Shown here one piece after another: positions 34,701-49,700 of a stretch of DNA of 64,000 nucleotides. Location: positions 15,445,903-15,509,902 of the forward strand of contig CM082577.2 in assembly GCA_040954595.2 (NCBI GenBank). Reading direction: 5' to 3'. A program made the translations under genes and the position numbers. Source of the DNA: Balanoglossus misakiensis. Its lineage: Eukaryota; Animalia; Hemichordata. The notes beneath the pieces were generated by a model. That model was not told where the DNA came from, ran no database searches, and was given only the letters and a program-made list of their open reading frames with translations. The number at the start of each line of letters is the position of its first letter. The first letter of the stretch is position 1.

Positions 34701-37700
34701 GTGAGTGTAATTGCAAATTTGCCTATTCTAGATTCTTACGTGCCATTGGAGAGCTCCATTGACTGGTCATTCATACTGTTTTCATTCATTCATTGCGGCA
34801 TCAATATATTTTATCTATTCTAGCCAAAGAGCTTGGCACCTGTTGAAATGAACTCATCTGCTGTGGGCCAGTTTATTGGTGGCAGTTGAGCTGAGGAGAG
34901 CACCTTCCTTCCCGGCACGCCACCAAGTAAAGTTCCACGCCGCCCACCACAGATGCCAGCATTCATTCATGCGAGTGAGTGTAATTGCAAATTTGCCTAT
35001 TCTAGAATCTTACGTGCCATTGGAGAGCTCCATTGACTGGTCATTCATACTGTTTTCATTCATTCATTGCGGCATCAATATATTTTATCTATTCTAGCCA
35101 AAGAGCTTGGCACCTGTTGAAATGAACTCATCTGCTGTGGGCCAGTTTATTGGTGGCAGTTGAGCTGAGGAGAGCACCTTCCTTCCCGGCACGCCACCAA
35201 GTAAAGTTCCACGCCGCCCACCACAGATGCCAGCATTCATTCATGCGAGTGAGTGTAATTGCAAATTTGCCTATTCTAGATCTGTAATGGAAATGGAGAA
35301 AGTACCTTATATTTTCTGTAAAATAGACATTTAATTGGCAAGCCGTCCTGCATCAATTATTAATTGTGTACATGCACTAAAGCGCCCTCACTGCTGGGTG
35401 TGTTGTATGGTCTTTAACCCTGTTTCAAATTAGAGTACTTTCTGCAATTTCAAGACAGATCTTACGTGCCATTGGAGAGCTCCATTGACTGGTCATTCAT
35501 ACTGTTTTCATTCATTCATTGCGGCATCAATATATTTTATCTATTCTAGCCAAAGAGCTTGGCACCTGTTGAAATGAACTCATCTGCTGTGGGCCAGTTT
35601 ATTGGTGGCAGTTGAGCTGAGGAGAGCACCTTCCTTCCCGGCACGCCACCAAGTAAAGTTCCACGCCGCCCACCACAGATGCCAGCATTCATTCATGCGA
35701 GTGAGTGTAATTGCAAATTTGCCTATTCTAGATCTGTAATGGAAATGGAGAAAGTACCTTATATTTTCTGTAAAATAGACATTTAATTGGCAAGCCGTCC
35801 TGCATCAATTATTAATTGTGTACATGCACTAAAGCGCCCTCACTGCTGGGTGTGTTGTATGGTCTTTAACCCTGTTTCAAATTAGAGTACTTTCTGCAAT
35901 TTCAAGACAGATCTTACGTGCCATTGGAGAGCTCCATTGACTGGTCATTCATACTGTTTTCATTCATTCATTGCGGCATCAATATATTTTATCTATTCTA
36001 GCCAAAGAGCTTGGCACCTGTTGAAATGAACTCATCTGCTGTGGGCCAGTTTATTGGTGGCAGTTGAGCTGAGGAGAGCACCTTCCTTCCCGGCACGCCA
36101 CCAAGTAAAGTTCCACGCCGCCCACCACAGATGCCAGCATTCATTCATGCGAGTGAGTGTAATTGCAAATTTGCCTATTCTAGATCTGTAATGGAAATGG
36201 AGAAAGTACCTTATATTTTCTGTAAAATAGACATTTAATTGGCAAGCCGTCCTGCATCAATTATTAATTGTGTACATGCACTAAAGCGCCCTCACTGCTG
36301 GGTGTGTTGTATGGTCTTTAACCCTGTTTCAAATTAGAGTACTTTCTGCAATTTCAAGACAGATCTTACGTGCCATTGGAGAGCTCCATTGACTGGTCAT
36401 TCATACTGTTTTCATTCATTCATTGCGGCATCAATATATTTTATCTATTCTAGCCAAAGAGCTTGGCACCTGTTGAAATGAACTCATCTGCTGTGGGCCA
36501 GTTTATTGGTGGCAGTTGAGCTGAGGAGAGCACCTTCCTTCCCGGCACGCCACCAAGTAAAGTTCCACGCCGCCCACCACAGATGCCAGCATTCATTCAT
36601 GCGAGTGAGTGTAATTGCAAATTTGCCTATTCTAGATCTGTAATGGAAATGGAGAAAGTACCTTATATTTTCTGTAAAATAGACATTTAATTGGCAAGCC
36701 GTCCTGCATCAATTATTAATTGTGTACATGCACTAAAGCGCCCTCACTGCTGGGTGTGTTGTATGGTCTTTAACCCTGTTTCAAATTAGAGTACTTTCTG
36801 CAATTTCAAGACAGATCTTACGTGCCATTGGAGAGCTCCATTGACTGGTCATTCATACTGTTTTCATTCATTCATTGCGGCATCAATATATTTTATCTAT
36901 TCTAGCCAAAGAGCTTGGCACCTGTTGAAATGAACTCATCTGCTGTGGGCCAGTTTATTGGTGGCAGTTGAGCTGAGGAGAGCACCTTCCTTCCCGGCAC
37001 GCCACCAAGTAAAGTTCCACGCCGCCCACCACAGATGCCAGCATTCATTCATGCGAGTGAGTGTAATTGCAAATTTGCCTATTCTAGATCTGTAATGGAA
37101 ATGGAGAAAGTACCTTATATTTTCTGTAAAATAGACATTTAATTGGCAAGCCGTCCTGCATCAATTATTAATTGTGTACATGCACTAAAGCGCCCTCACT
37201 GCTGGGTGTGTTGTATGGTCTTTAACCCTGTTTCAAATTAGAGTACTTTCTGCAATTTCAAGACAGATCTTACGTGCCATTGGAGAGCTCCATTGACTGG
37301 TCATTCATACTGTTTTCATTCATTCATTGCGGCATCAATATATTTTATCTATTCTAGCCAAAGAGCTTGGCACCTGTTGAAATGAACTCATCTGCTGTGG
37401 GCCAGTTTATTGGTGGCAGTTGAGCTGAGGAGAGCACCTTCCTTCCCGGCACGCCACCAAGTAAAGTTCCACGCCGCCCACCACAGATGCCAGCATTCAT
37501 TCATGCGAGTGAGTGTAATTGCAAATTTGCCTATTCTAGATCTGTAATGGAAATGGAGAAAGTACCTTATATTTTCTGTAAAATAGACATTTAATTGGCA
37601 AGCCGTCCTGCATCAATTATTAATTGTGTACATGCACTAAAGCGCCCTCACTGCTGGGTGTGTTGTATGGTCTTTAACCCTGTTTCAAATTAGAGTACTT

Positions 37701-40700
37701 TCTGCAATTTCAAGACAGATCTTACGTGCCATTGGAGAGCTCCATTGACTGGTCATTCATACTGTTTTCATTCATTCATTGCGGCATCAATATATTTTAT
37801 CTATTCTAGCCAAAGAGCTTGGCACCTGTTGAAATGAACTCATCTGCTGTGGGCCAGTTTATTGGTGGCAGTTGAGCTGAGGAGAGCACCTTCTTTCCCG
37901 GCACGCCACCAAGTAAAGTTCCACGCCGCCCACCACAGATGCCAGCATTCATTCATGCGAGTGAGTGTAATTGCAAATTTGCCTATTTACGTGCCATTGG
38001 AGAGCTCCATTGACTGGTCATTCATACTGTTTTCATTCATTCATTGCGGCATCAATATATTTTATCTATTCTAGCCAAAGAGCTTGGCACCTGTTGAAAT
38101 GAACTCATCTGCTGTGGGCCAGTTTATTGGTGGCAGTTGAGCTGAGGAGAGCACCTTCCTTCCCGGCACGCCACCAAGTAAAGTTCCACGCCGCCCACCA
38201 CAGATGCCAGCATTCATTCATGCGAGTGAGTGTAATTGCAAATTTGCCTATTCTAGATCTGTAATGGAAATGGAGAAAGTACCTTATATTTTCTGTAAAA
38301 TAGACATTTAATTGGCAAGCCGTCCTGCATCAATTATTAATTGTGTACATGCACTAAAGCGCCCTCACTGCTGGGTGTGTTGTATGGTCTTTAACCCTGT
38401 TTCAAATTAGAGTACTTTCTGCAATTTCAAGACAGATCTTACGTGCCATTGGAGAGCTCCATTGACTGGTCATTCATACTGTTTTCATTCATTCATTGCG
38501 GCATCAATATATTTTATCTATTCTAGCCAAAGAGCTTGGCACCTGTTGAAATGAACTCATCTGCTGTGGGCCAGTTTATTGGTGGCAGTTGAGCTGAGGA
38601 GAGCACCTTCCTTCCCGGCACGCCACCAAGTAAAGTTCCACGCCGCCCACCACAGATGCCAGCATTCATTCATGCGAGTGAGTGTAATTGCAAATTTGCC
38701 TATTCTAGAATTCTTACGTGCCATTGGAGAGCTCCATTGACTGGTCATTCATACTGTTTTCATTCATTCATTGCGGCATCAATATATTTTATCTATTCTA
38801 GCCAAAGAGCTTGGCACCTGTTGAAATGAACTCATCTGCTGTGGGCCAGTTTATTGGTGGCAGTTGAGCTGAGGAGAGCACCTTCCTTCCCGGCACGCCA
38901 CCAAGTAAAGTTCCACGCCGCCCACCACAGATGCCAGCATTCATTCATGCGAGTGAGTGTAATTGCAAATTTGCCTATTCTAGATCTGTAATGGAAATGG
39001 AGAAAGTACCTTATATTTTCTGTAAAATAGACATTTAATTGGCAAGCCGTCCTGCATCAATTATTAATTGTGTACATGCACTAAAGCGCCCTCACTGCTG
39101 GGTGTGTTGTATGGTCTTTAACCCTGTTTCAAATTAGAGTACTTTCTGCAATTTCAAGACAGATCTTACGTGCCATTGGAGAGCTCCATTGACTGGTCAT
39201 TCATACTGTTTTCATTCATTCATTGCGGCATCAATATATTTTATCTATTCTAGCCAAAGAGCTTGGCACCTGTTGAAATGAACTCATCTGCTGTGGGCCA
39301 GTTTATTGGTGGCAGTTGAGCTGAGGAGAGCACCTTCTTTCCCGGCACGCCACCAAGTAAAGTTCCACGCCGCCCACCACAGATGCCAGCATTCATTCAT
39401 GCGAGTGAGTGTAATTGCAAATTTGCCTATTCTAGAATCTTACGTGCCATTGGAGAGCTCCATTGACTGGTCATTCATACTGTTTTCATTCATTCATTGC
39501 GGCATCAATATATTTTATCTATTCTAGCCAAAGAGCTTGGCACCTGTTGAAATGAACTCATCTGCTGTGGGCCAGTTTATTGGTGGCAGTTGAGCTGAGG
39601 AGAGCACCTTCTTTCCCGGCACGCCACCAAGTAAAGTTCCACGCCGCCCACCACAGATGCCAGCATTCATTCATGCGAGTGAGTGTAATTGCAAATTTGC
39701 CTATTTACGTGCCATTGGAGAGCTCCATTGACTGGTCATTCATACTGTTTTCATTCATTCATTGCGGCATCAATATATTTTATCTATTCTAGCCAAAGAG
39801 CTTGGCACCTGTTGAAATGAACTCATCTGCTGTGGGCCAGTTTATTGGTGGCAGTTGAGCTGAGGAGAGCACCTTCCTTCCCGGCACGCCACCAAGTAAA
39901 GTTCCACGCCGCCCACCACAGATGCCAGCATTCATTCATGCGAGTGAGTGTAATTGCAAATTTGCCTATTCTAGATCTGTAATGGAAATGGAGAAAGTAC
40001 CTTATATTTTCTGTAAAATAGACATTTAATTGGCAAGCCGTCCTGCATCAATTATTAATTGTGTACATGCACTAAAGCGCCCTCACTGCTGGGTGTGTTG
40101 TATGGTCTTTAACCCTGTTTCAAATTAGAGTACTTTCTGCAATTTCAAGACAGATCTTACGTGCCATTGGAGAGCTCCATTGACTGGTCATTCATACTGT
40201 TTTCATTCATTCATTGCGGCATCAATATATTTTATCTATTCTAGCCAAAGAGCTTGGCACCTGTTGAAATGAACTCATCTGCTGTGGGCCAGTTTATTGG
40301 TGGCAGTTGAGCTGAGGAGAGCACCTTCTTTCCCGGCACGCCACCAAGTAAAGTTCCACGCCGCCCACCACAGATGCCAGCATTCATTCATGCGAGTGAG
40401 TGTAATTGCAAATTTGCCTATTCTAGAATCTTACGTGCCATTGGAGAGCTCCATTGACTGGTCATTCATACTGTTTTCATTCATTCATTGCGGCATCAAT
40501 ATATTTTATCTATTCTAGCCAAAGAGCTTGGCACCTGTTGAAATGAACTCATCTGCTGTGGGCCAGTTTATTGGTGGCAGTTGAGCTGAGGAGAGCACCT
40601 TCTTTCCCGGCACGCCACCAAGTAAAGTTCCACGCCGCCCACCACAGATGCCAGCATTCATTCATGCGAGTGAGTGTAATTGCAAATTTGCCTATTCTAG

Positions 40701-43700
40701 AATCTTACGTGCCATTGGAGAGCTCCATTGACTGGTCATTCATACTGTTTTCATTCATTCATTGCGGCATCAATATATTTTATCTATTCTAGCCAAAGAG
40801 CTTGGCACCTGTTGAAATGAACTCATCTGCTGTGGGCCAGTTTATTGGTGGCAGTTGAGCTGAGGAGAGCACCTTCCTTCCCGGCACGCCACCAAGTAAA
40901 GTTCCACGCCGCCCACCACAGATGCCAGCATTCATTCATGCGAGTGAGTGTAATTGCAAATTTGCCTATTCTAGAATCTTACGTGCCATTGGAGAGCTCC
41001 ATTGACTGGTCATTCATACTGTTTTCATTCATTCATTGCGGCATCAATATATTTTATCTATTCTAGCCAAAGAGCTTGGCACCTGTTGAAATGAACTCAT
41101 CTGCTGTGGGCCAGTTTATTGGTGGCAGTTGAGCTGAGGAGAGCACCTTCCTTCCCGGCACGCCACCAAGTAAAGTTCCACGCCGCCCACCACAGATGCC
41201 AGCATTCATTCATGCGAGTGAGTGTAATTGCAAATTTGCCTATTCTAGAATCTTACGTGCCATTGGAGAGCTCCATTGACTGGTCATTCATACTGTTTTC
41301 ATTCATTCATTGCGGCATCAATATATTTTATCTATTCTAGCCGAAGAGCTTGGCACCTGTTGAAATGAACTCATCTGCTGTGGGCCAGTTTATTGGTGGC
41401 AGTTGAGCTGAGGAGAGCACCTTCCTTCCCGGCACGCCACCAAGTAAAGTTCCACGCCGCCCACCACAGATGCCAGCATTCATTCATGCGAGTGAGTGTA
41501 ATTGCAAATTTGCCTATTCTAGATCTGTAATGGAAATGGAGAAAGTACCTTATATTTTCTGTAAAATAGACATTTAATTGGCAAGCCGTCCTGCATCAAT
41601 TATTAATTGTGTACATGCACTAAAGCGCCCTCACTGCTGGGTGTGTTGTATGGTCTTTAACCCTGTTTCAAATTAGAGTACTTTCTGCAATTTCAAGACA
41701 GATCTTACGTGCCATTGGAGAGCTCCATTGACTGGTCATTCATACTGTTTTCATTCATTCATTGCGGCATCAATATATTTTATCTATTCTAGCCAAAGAG
41801 CTTGGCACCTGTTGAAATGAACTCATCTGCTGTGGGCCAGTTTATTGGTGGCAGTTGAGCTGAGGAGAGCACCTTCCTTCCCGGCACGCCACCAAGTAAA
41901 GTTCCACGCCGCCCACCACAGATGCCAGCATTCATTCATGCGAGTGAGTGTAATTGCAAATTTGCCTATTCTAGATTCTTACGTGCCATTGGAGAGCTCC
42001 ATTGACTGGTCATTCATACTGTTTTCATTCATTCATTGCGGCATCAATATATTTTATCTATTCTAGCCAAAGAGCTTGGCACCTGTTGAAATGAACTCAT
42101 CTGCTGTGGGCCAGTTTATTGGTGGCAGTTGAGCTGAGGAGAGCACCTTCCTTCCCGGCACGCCACCAAGTAAAGTTCCACGCCGCCCACCACAGATGCC
42201 AGCATTCATTCATGCGAGTGAGTGTAATTGCAAATTTGCCTATTCTAGAATCTTACGTGCCATTGGAGAGCTCCATTGACTGGTCATTCATACTGTTTTC
42301 ATTCATTCATTGCGGCATCAATATATTTTATCTATTCTAGCCAAAGAGCTTGGCACCTGTTGAAATGAACTCATCTGCTGTGGGCCAGTTTATTGGTGGC
42401 AGTTGAGCTGAGGAGAGCACCTTCCTTCCCGGCACGCCACCAAGTAAAGTTCCACGCCGCCCACCACAGATGCCAGCATTCATTCATGCGAGTGAGTGTA
42501 ATTGCAAATTTGCCTATTCTAGATCTGTAATGGAAATGGAGAAAGTACCTTATATTTTCTGTAAAATAGACATTTAATTGGCAAGCCGTCCTGCATCAAT
42601 TATTAATTGTGTACATGCACTAAAGCGCCCTCACTGCTGGGTGTGTTGTATGGTCTTTAACCCTGTTTCAAATTAGAGTACTTTCTGCAATTTCAAGACA
42701 GATCTTACGTGCCATTGGAGAGCTCCATTGACTGGTCATTCATACTGTTTTCATTCATTCATTGCGGCATCAATATATTTTATCTATTCTAGCCAAAGAG
42801 CTTGGCACCTGTTGAAATGAACTCATCTGCTGTGGGCCAGTTTATTGGTGGCAGTTGAGCTGAGGAGAGCACCTTCCTTCCCGGCACGCCACCAAGTAAA
42901 GTTCCACGCCGCCCACCACAGATGCCAGCATTCATTCATGCGAGTGAGTGTAATTGCAAATTTGCCTATTCTAGATTCTTACGTGCCATTGGAGAGCTCC
43001 ATTGACTGGTCATTCATACTGTTTTCATTCATTCATTGCGGCATCAATATATTTTATCTATTCTAGCCAAAGAGCTTGGCACCTGTTGAAATGAACTCAT
43101 CTGCTGTGGGCCAGTTTATTGGTGGCAGTTGAGCTGAGCAGAGCACCTTCCTTCCCGGCACGCCACCAAGTAAAGTTCCACGCCGCCCACCACAGATGCC
43201 AGCATTCATTCATGCGAGTGAGTGTAATTGCAAATTTGCCTATTCTAGAATCTTACGTGCCATTGGAGAGCTCCATTGACTGGTCATTCATACTGTTTTC
43301 ATTCATTCATTGCGGCATCAATATATTTTATCTATTCTAGCCAAAGAGCTTGGCACCTGTTGAAATGAACTCATCTGCTGTGGGCCAGTTTATTGGTGGC
43401 AGTTGAGCTGAGGAGAGCACCTTCCTTCCCGGCACGCCACCAAGTAAAGTTCCACGCCGCCCACCACAGATGCCAGCATTCATTCATGCGAGTGAGTGTA
43501 ATTGCAAATTTGCCTATTCTAGATCTGTAATGGAAATGGAGAAAGTACCTTATATTTTCTGTAAAATAGACATTTAATTGGCAAGCCGTCCTGCATCAAT
43601 TATTAATTGTGTACATGCACTAAAGCGCCCTCACTGCTGGGTGTGTTGTATGGTCTTTAACCCTGTTTCAAATTAGAGTACTTTCTGCAATTTCAAGACA

Positions 43701-46700
43701 GATCTTACGTGCCATTGGAGAGCTCCATTGACTGGTCATTCATACTGTTTTCATTCATTCATTGCGGCATCAATATATTTTATCTATTCTAGCCAAAGAG
43801 CTTGGCACCTGTTGAAATGAACTCATCTGCTGTGGGCCAGTTTATTGGTGGCAGTTGAGCTGAGGAGAGCACCTTCCTTCCCGGCACGCCACCAAGTAAA
43901 GTTCCACGCCGCCCACCACAGATGCCAGCATTCATTCATGCGAGTGAGTGTAATTGCAAATTTGCCTATTCTAGATCTGTAATGGAAATGGAGAAAGTAC
44001 CTTATATTTTCTGTAAAATAGACATTTAATTGGCAAGCCGTCCTGCATCAATTATTAATTGTGTACATGCACTAAAGCGCCCTCACTGCTGGGTGTGTTG
44101 TATGGTCTTTAACCCTGTTTCAAATTAGAGTACTTTCTGCAATTTCAAGACAGATCTTACGTGCCATTGGAGAGCTCCATTGACTGGTCATTCATACTGT
44201 TTTCATTCATTCATTGCGGCATCAATATATTTTATCTATTCTAGCCAAAGAGCTTGGCACCTGTTGAAATGAACTCATCTGCTGTGGGCCAGTTTATTGG
44301 TGGCAGTTGAGCTGAGGAGAGCACCTTCCTTCCCGGCACGCCACCAAGTAAAGTTCCACGCCGCCCACCACAGATGCCAGCATTCATTCATGCGAGTGAG
44401 TGTAATTGCAAATTTGCCTATTCTAGATCTGTAATGGAAATGGAGAAAGTACCTTATATTTTCTGTAAAATAGACATTTAATTGGCAAGCCGTCCTGCAT
44501 CAATTATTAATTGTGTACATGCACTAAAGCGCCCTCACTGCTGGGTGTGTTGTATGGTCTTTAACCCTGTTTCAAATTAGAGTACTTTCTGCAATTTCAA
44601 GACAGATCTTACGTGCCATTGGAGAGCTCCATTGACTGGTCATTCATACTGTTTTCATTCATTCATTGCGGCATCAATATATTTTATCTATTCTAGCCAA
44701 AGAGCTTGGCACCTGTTGAAATGAACTCATCTGCTGTGGGCCAGTTTATTGGTGGCAGTTGAGCTGAGGAGAGCACCTTCCTTCCCGGCACGCCACCAAG
44801 TAAAGTTCCACGCCGCCCACCACAGATGCCAGCATTCATTCATGCGAGTGAGTGTAATTGCAAATTTGCCTATTCTAGATCTGTAATGGAAATGGAGAAA
44901 GTACCTTATATTTTCTGTAAAATAGACATTTAATTGGCAAGCCGTCCTGCATCAATTATTAATTGTGTACATGCACTAAAGCGCCCTCACTGCTGGGTGT
45001 GTTGTATGGTCTTTAACCCTGTTTCAAATTAGAGTACTTTCTGCAATTTCAAGACAGATCTTACGTGCCATTGGAGAGCTCCATTGACTGGTCATTCATA
45101 CTGTTTTCATTCATTCATTGCGGCATCAATATATTTTATCTATTCTAGCCAAAGAGCTTGGCACCTGTTGAAATGAACTCATCTGCTGTGGGCCAGTTTA
45201 TTGGTGGCAGTTGAGCTGAGGAGAGCACCTTCCTTCCCGGCACGCCACCAAGTAAAGTTCCACGCCGCCCACCACAGATGCCAGCATTCATTCATGCGAG
45301 TGAGTGTAATTGCAAATTTGCCTATTCTAGATCTGTAATGGAAATGGAGAAAGTACCTTATATTTTCTGTAAAATAGACATTTAATTGGCAAGCCGTCCT
45401 GCATCAATTATTAATTGTGTACATGCACTAAAGCGCCCTCACTGCTGGGTGTGTTGTATGGTCTTTAACCCTGTTTCAAATTAGAGTACTTTCTGCAATT
45501 TCAAGACAGATCTTACGTGCCATTGGAGAGCTCCATTGACTGGTCATTCATACTGTTTTCATTCATTCATTGCGGCATCAATATATTTTATCTATTCTAG
45601 CCAAAGAGCTTGGCACCTGTTGAAATGAACTCATCTGCTGTGGGCCAGTTTATTGGTGGCAGTTGAGCTGAGGAGAGCACCTTCCTTCCCGGCACGCCAC
45701 CAAGTAAAGTTCCACGCCGCCCACCACAGATGCCAGCATTCATTCATGCGAGTGAGTGTAATTGCAAATTTGCCTATTCTAGATCTGTAATGGAAATGGA
45801 GAAAGTACCTTATATTTTCTGTAAAATAGACATTTAATTGGCAAGCCGTCCTGCATCAATTATTAATTGTGTACATGCACTAAAGCGCCCTCACTGCTGG
45901 GTGTGTTGTATGGTCTTTAACCCTGTTTCAAATTAGAGTACTTTCTGCAATTTCAAGACAGATCTTACGTGCCATTGGAGAGCTCCATTGACTGGTCATT
46001 CATACTGTTTTCATTCATTCATTGCGGCATCAATATATTTTATCTATTCTAGCCAAAGAGCTTGGCACCTGTTGAAATGAACTCATCTGCTGTGGGCCAG
46101 TTTATTGGTGGCAGTTGAGCTGAGGAGAGCACCTTCTTTCCCGGCACGCCACCAAGTAAAGTTCCACGCCGCCCACCACAGATGCCAGCATTCATTCATG
46201 CGAGTGAGTGTAATTGCAAATTTGCCTATTTACGTGCCATTGGAGAGCTCCATTGACTGGTCATTCATACTGTTTTCATTCATTCATTGCGGCATCAATA
46301 TATTTTATCTATTCTAGCCAAAGAGCTTGGCACCTGTTGAAATGAACTCATCTGCTGTGGGCCAGTTTATTGGTGGCAGTTGAGCTGAGGAGAGCACCTT
46401 CCTTCCCGGCACGCCACCAAGTAAAGTTCCACGCCGCCCACCACAGATGCCAGCATTCATTCATGCGAGTGAGTGTAATTGCAAATTTGCCTATTCTAGA
46501 TCTGTAATGGAAATGGAGAAAGTACCTTATATTTTCTGTAAAATAGACATTTAATTGGCAAGCCGTCCTGCATCAATTATTAATTGTGTACATGCACTAA
46601 AGCGCCCTCACTGCTGGGTGTGTTGTATGGTCTTTAACCCTGTTTCAAATTAGAGTACTTTCTGCAATTTCAAGACAGATCTTACGTGCCATTGGAGAGC

Positions 46701-49700
46701 TCCATTGACTGGTCATTCATACTGTTTTCATTCATTCATTGCGGCATCAATATATTTTATCTATTCTAGCCAAAGAGCTTGGCACCTGTTGAAATGAACT
46801 CATCTGCTGTGGGCCAGTTTATTGGTGGCAGTTGAGCTGAGGAGAGCACCTTCCTTCCCGGCACGCCACCAAGTAAAGTTCCACGCCGCCCACCACAGAT
46901 GCCAGCATTCATTCATGCGAGTGAGTGTAATTGCAAATTTGCCTATTCTAGAATTCTTACGTGCCATTGGAGAGCTCCATTGACTGGTCATTCATACTGT
47001 TTTCATTCATTCATTGCGGCATCAATATATTTTATCTATTCTAGCCAAAGAGCTTGGCACCTGTTGAAATGAACTCATCTGCTGTGGGCCAGTTTATTGG
47101 TGGCAGTTGAGCTGAGGAGAGCACCTTCCTTCCCGGCACGCCACCAAGTAAAGTTCCACGCCGCCCACCACAGATGCCAGCATTCATTCATGCGAGTGAG
47201 TGTAATTGCAAATTTGCCTATTCTAGATCTGTAATGGAAATGGAGAAAGTACCTTATATTTTCTGTAAAATAGACATTTAATTGGCAAGCCGTCCTGCAT
47301 CAATTATTAATTGTGTACATGCACTAAAGCGCCCTCACTGCTGGGTGTGTTGTATGGTCTTTAACCCTGTTTCAAATTAGAGTACTTTCTGCAATTTCAA
47401 GACAGATCTTACGTGCCATTGGAGAGCTCCATTGACTGGTCATTCATACTGTTTTCATTCATTCATTGCGGCATCAATATATTTTATCTATTCTAGCCAA
47501 AGAGCTTGGCACCTGTTGAAATGAACTCATCTGCTGTGGGCCAGTTTATTGGTGGCAGTTGAGCTGAGGAGAGCACCTTCTTTCCCGGCACGCCACCAAG
47601 TAAAGTTCCACGCCGCCCACCACAGATGCCAGCATTCATTCATGCGAGTGAGTGTAATTGCAAATTTGCCTATTCTAGAATCTTACGTGCCATTGGAGAG
47701 CTCCATTGACTGGTCATTCATACTGTTTTCATTCATTCATTGCGGCATCAATATATTTTATCTATTCTAGCCAAAGAGCTTGGCACCTGTTGAAATGAAC
47801 TCATCTGCTGTGGGCCAGTTTATTGGTGGCAGTTGAGCTGAGGAGAGCACCTTCTTTCCCGGCACGCCACCAAGTAAAGTTCCACGCCGCCCACCACAGA
47901 TGCCAGCATTCATTCATGCGAGTGAGTGTAATTGCAAATTTGCCTATTTACGTGCCATTGGAGAGCTCCATTGACTGGTCATTCATACTGTTTTCATTCA
48001 TTCATTGCGGCATCAATATATTTTATCTATTCTAGCCAAAGAGCTTGGCACCTGTTGAAATGAACTCATCTGCTGTGGGCCAGTTTATTGGTGGCAGTTG
48101 AGCTGAGGAGAGCACCTTCCTTCCCGGCACGCCACCAAGTAAAGTTCCACGCCGCCCACCACAGATGCCAGCATTCATTCATGCGAGTGAGTGTAATTGC
48201 AAATTTGCCTATTCTAGATCTGTAATGGAAATGGAGAAAGTACCTTATATTTTCTGTAAAATAGACATTTAATTGGCAAGCCGTCCTGCATCAATTATTA
48301 ATTGTGTACATGCACTAAAGCGCCCTCACTGCTGGGTGTGTTGTATGGTCTTTAACCCTGTTTCAAATTAGAGTACTTTCTGCAATTTCAAGACAGATCT
48401 TACGTGCCATTGGAGAGCTCCATTGACTGGTCATTCATACTGTTTTCATTCATTCATTGCGGCATCAATATATTTTATCTATTCTAGCCAAAGAGCTTGG
48501 CACCTGTTGAAATGAACTCATCTGCTGTGGGCCAGTTTATTGGTGGCAGTTGAGCTGAGGAGAGCACCTTCTTTCCCGGCACGCCACCAAGTAAAGTTCC
48601 ACGCCGCCCACCACAGATGCCAGCATTCATTCATGCGAGTGAGTGTAATTGCAAATTTGCCTATTCTAGAATCTTACGTGCCATTGGAGAGCTCCATTGA
48701 CTGGTCATTCATACTGTTTTCATTCATTCATTGCGGCATCAATATATTTTATCTATTCTAGCCAAAGAGCTTGGCACCTGTTGAAATGAACTCATCTGCT
48801 GTGGGCCAGTTTATTGGTGGCAGTTGAGCTGAGGAGAGCACCTTCTTTCCCGGCACGCCACCAAGTAAAGTTCCACGCCGCCCACCACAGATGCCAGCAT
48901 TCATTCATGCGAGTGAGTGTAATTGCAAATTTGCCTATTCTAGAATCTTACGTGCCATTGGAGAGCTCCATTGACTGGTCATTCATACTGTTTTCATTCA
49001 TTCATTGCGGCATCAATATATTTTATCTATTCTAGCCAAAGAGCTTGGCACCTGTTGAAATGAACTCATCTGCTGTGGGCCAGTTTATTGGTGGCAGTTG
49101 AGCTGAGGAGAGCACCTTCCTTCCCGGCACGCCACCAAGTAAAGTTCCACGCCGCCCACCACAGATGCCAGCATTCATTCATGCGAGTGAGTGTAATTGC
49201 AAATTTGCCTATTCTAGAATCTTACGTGCCATTGGAGAGCTCCATTGACTGGTCATTCATACTGTTTTCATTCATTCATTGCGGCATCAATATATTTTAT
49301 CTATTCTAGCCAAAGAGCTTGGCACCTGTTGAAATGAACTCATCTGCTGTGGGCCAGTTTATTGGTGGCAGTTGAGCTGAGGAGAGCACCTTCCTTCCCG
49401 GCACGCCACCAAGTAAAGTTCCACGCCGCCCACCACAGATGCCAGCATTCATTCATGCGAGTGAGTGTAATTGCAAATTTGCCTATTCTAGAATCTTACG
49501 TGCCATTGGAGAGCTCCATTGACTGGTCATTCATACTGTTTTCATTCATTCATTGCGGCATCAATATATTTTATCTATTCTAGCCGAAGAGCTTGGCACC
49601 TGTTGAAATGAACTCATCTGCTGTGGGCCAGTTTATTGGTGGCAGTTGAGCTGAGGAGAGCACCTTCCTTCCCGGCACGCCACCAAGTAAAGTTCCACGC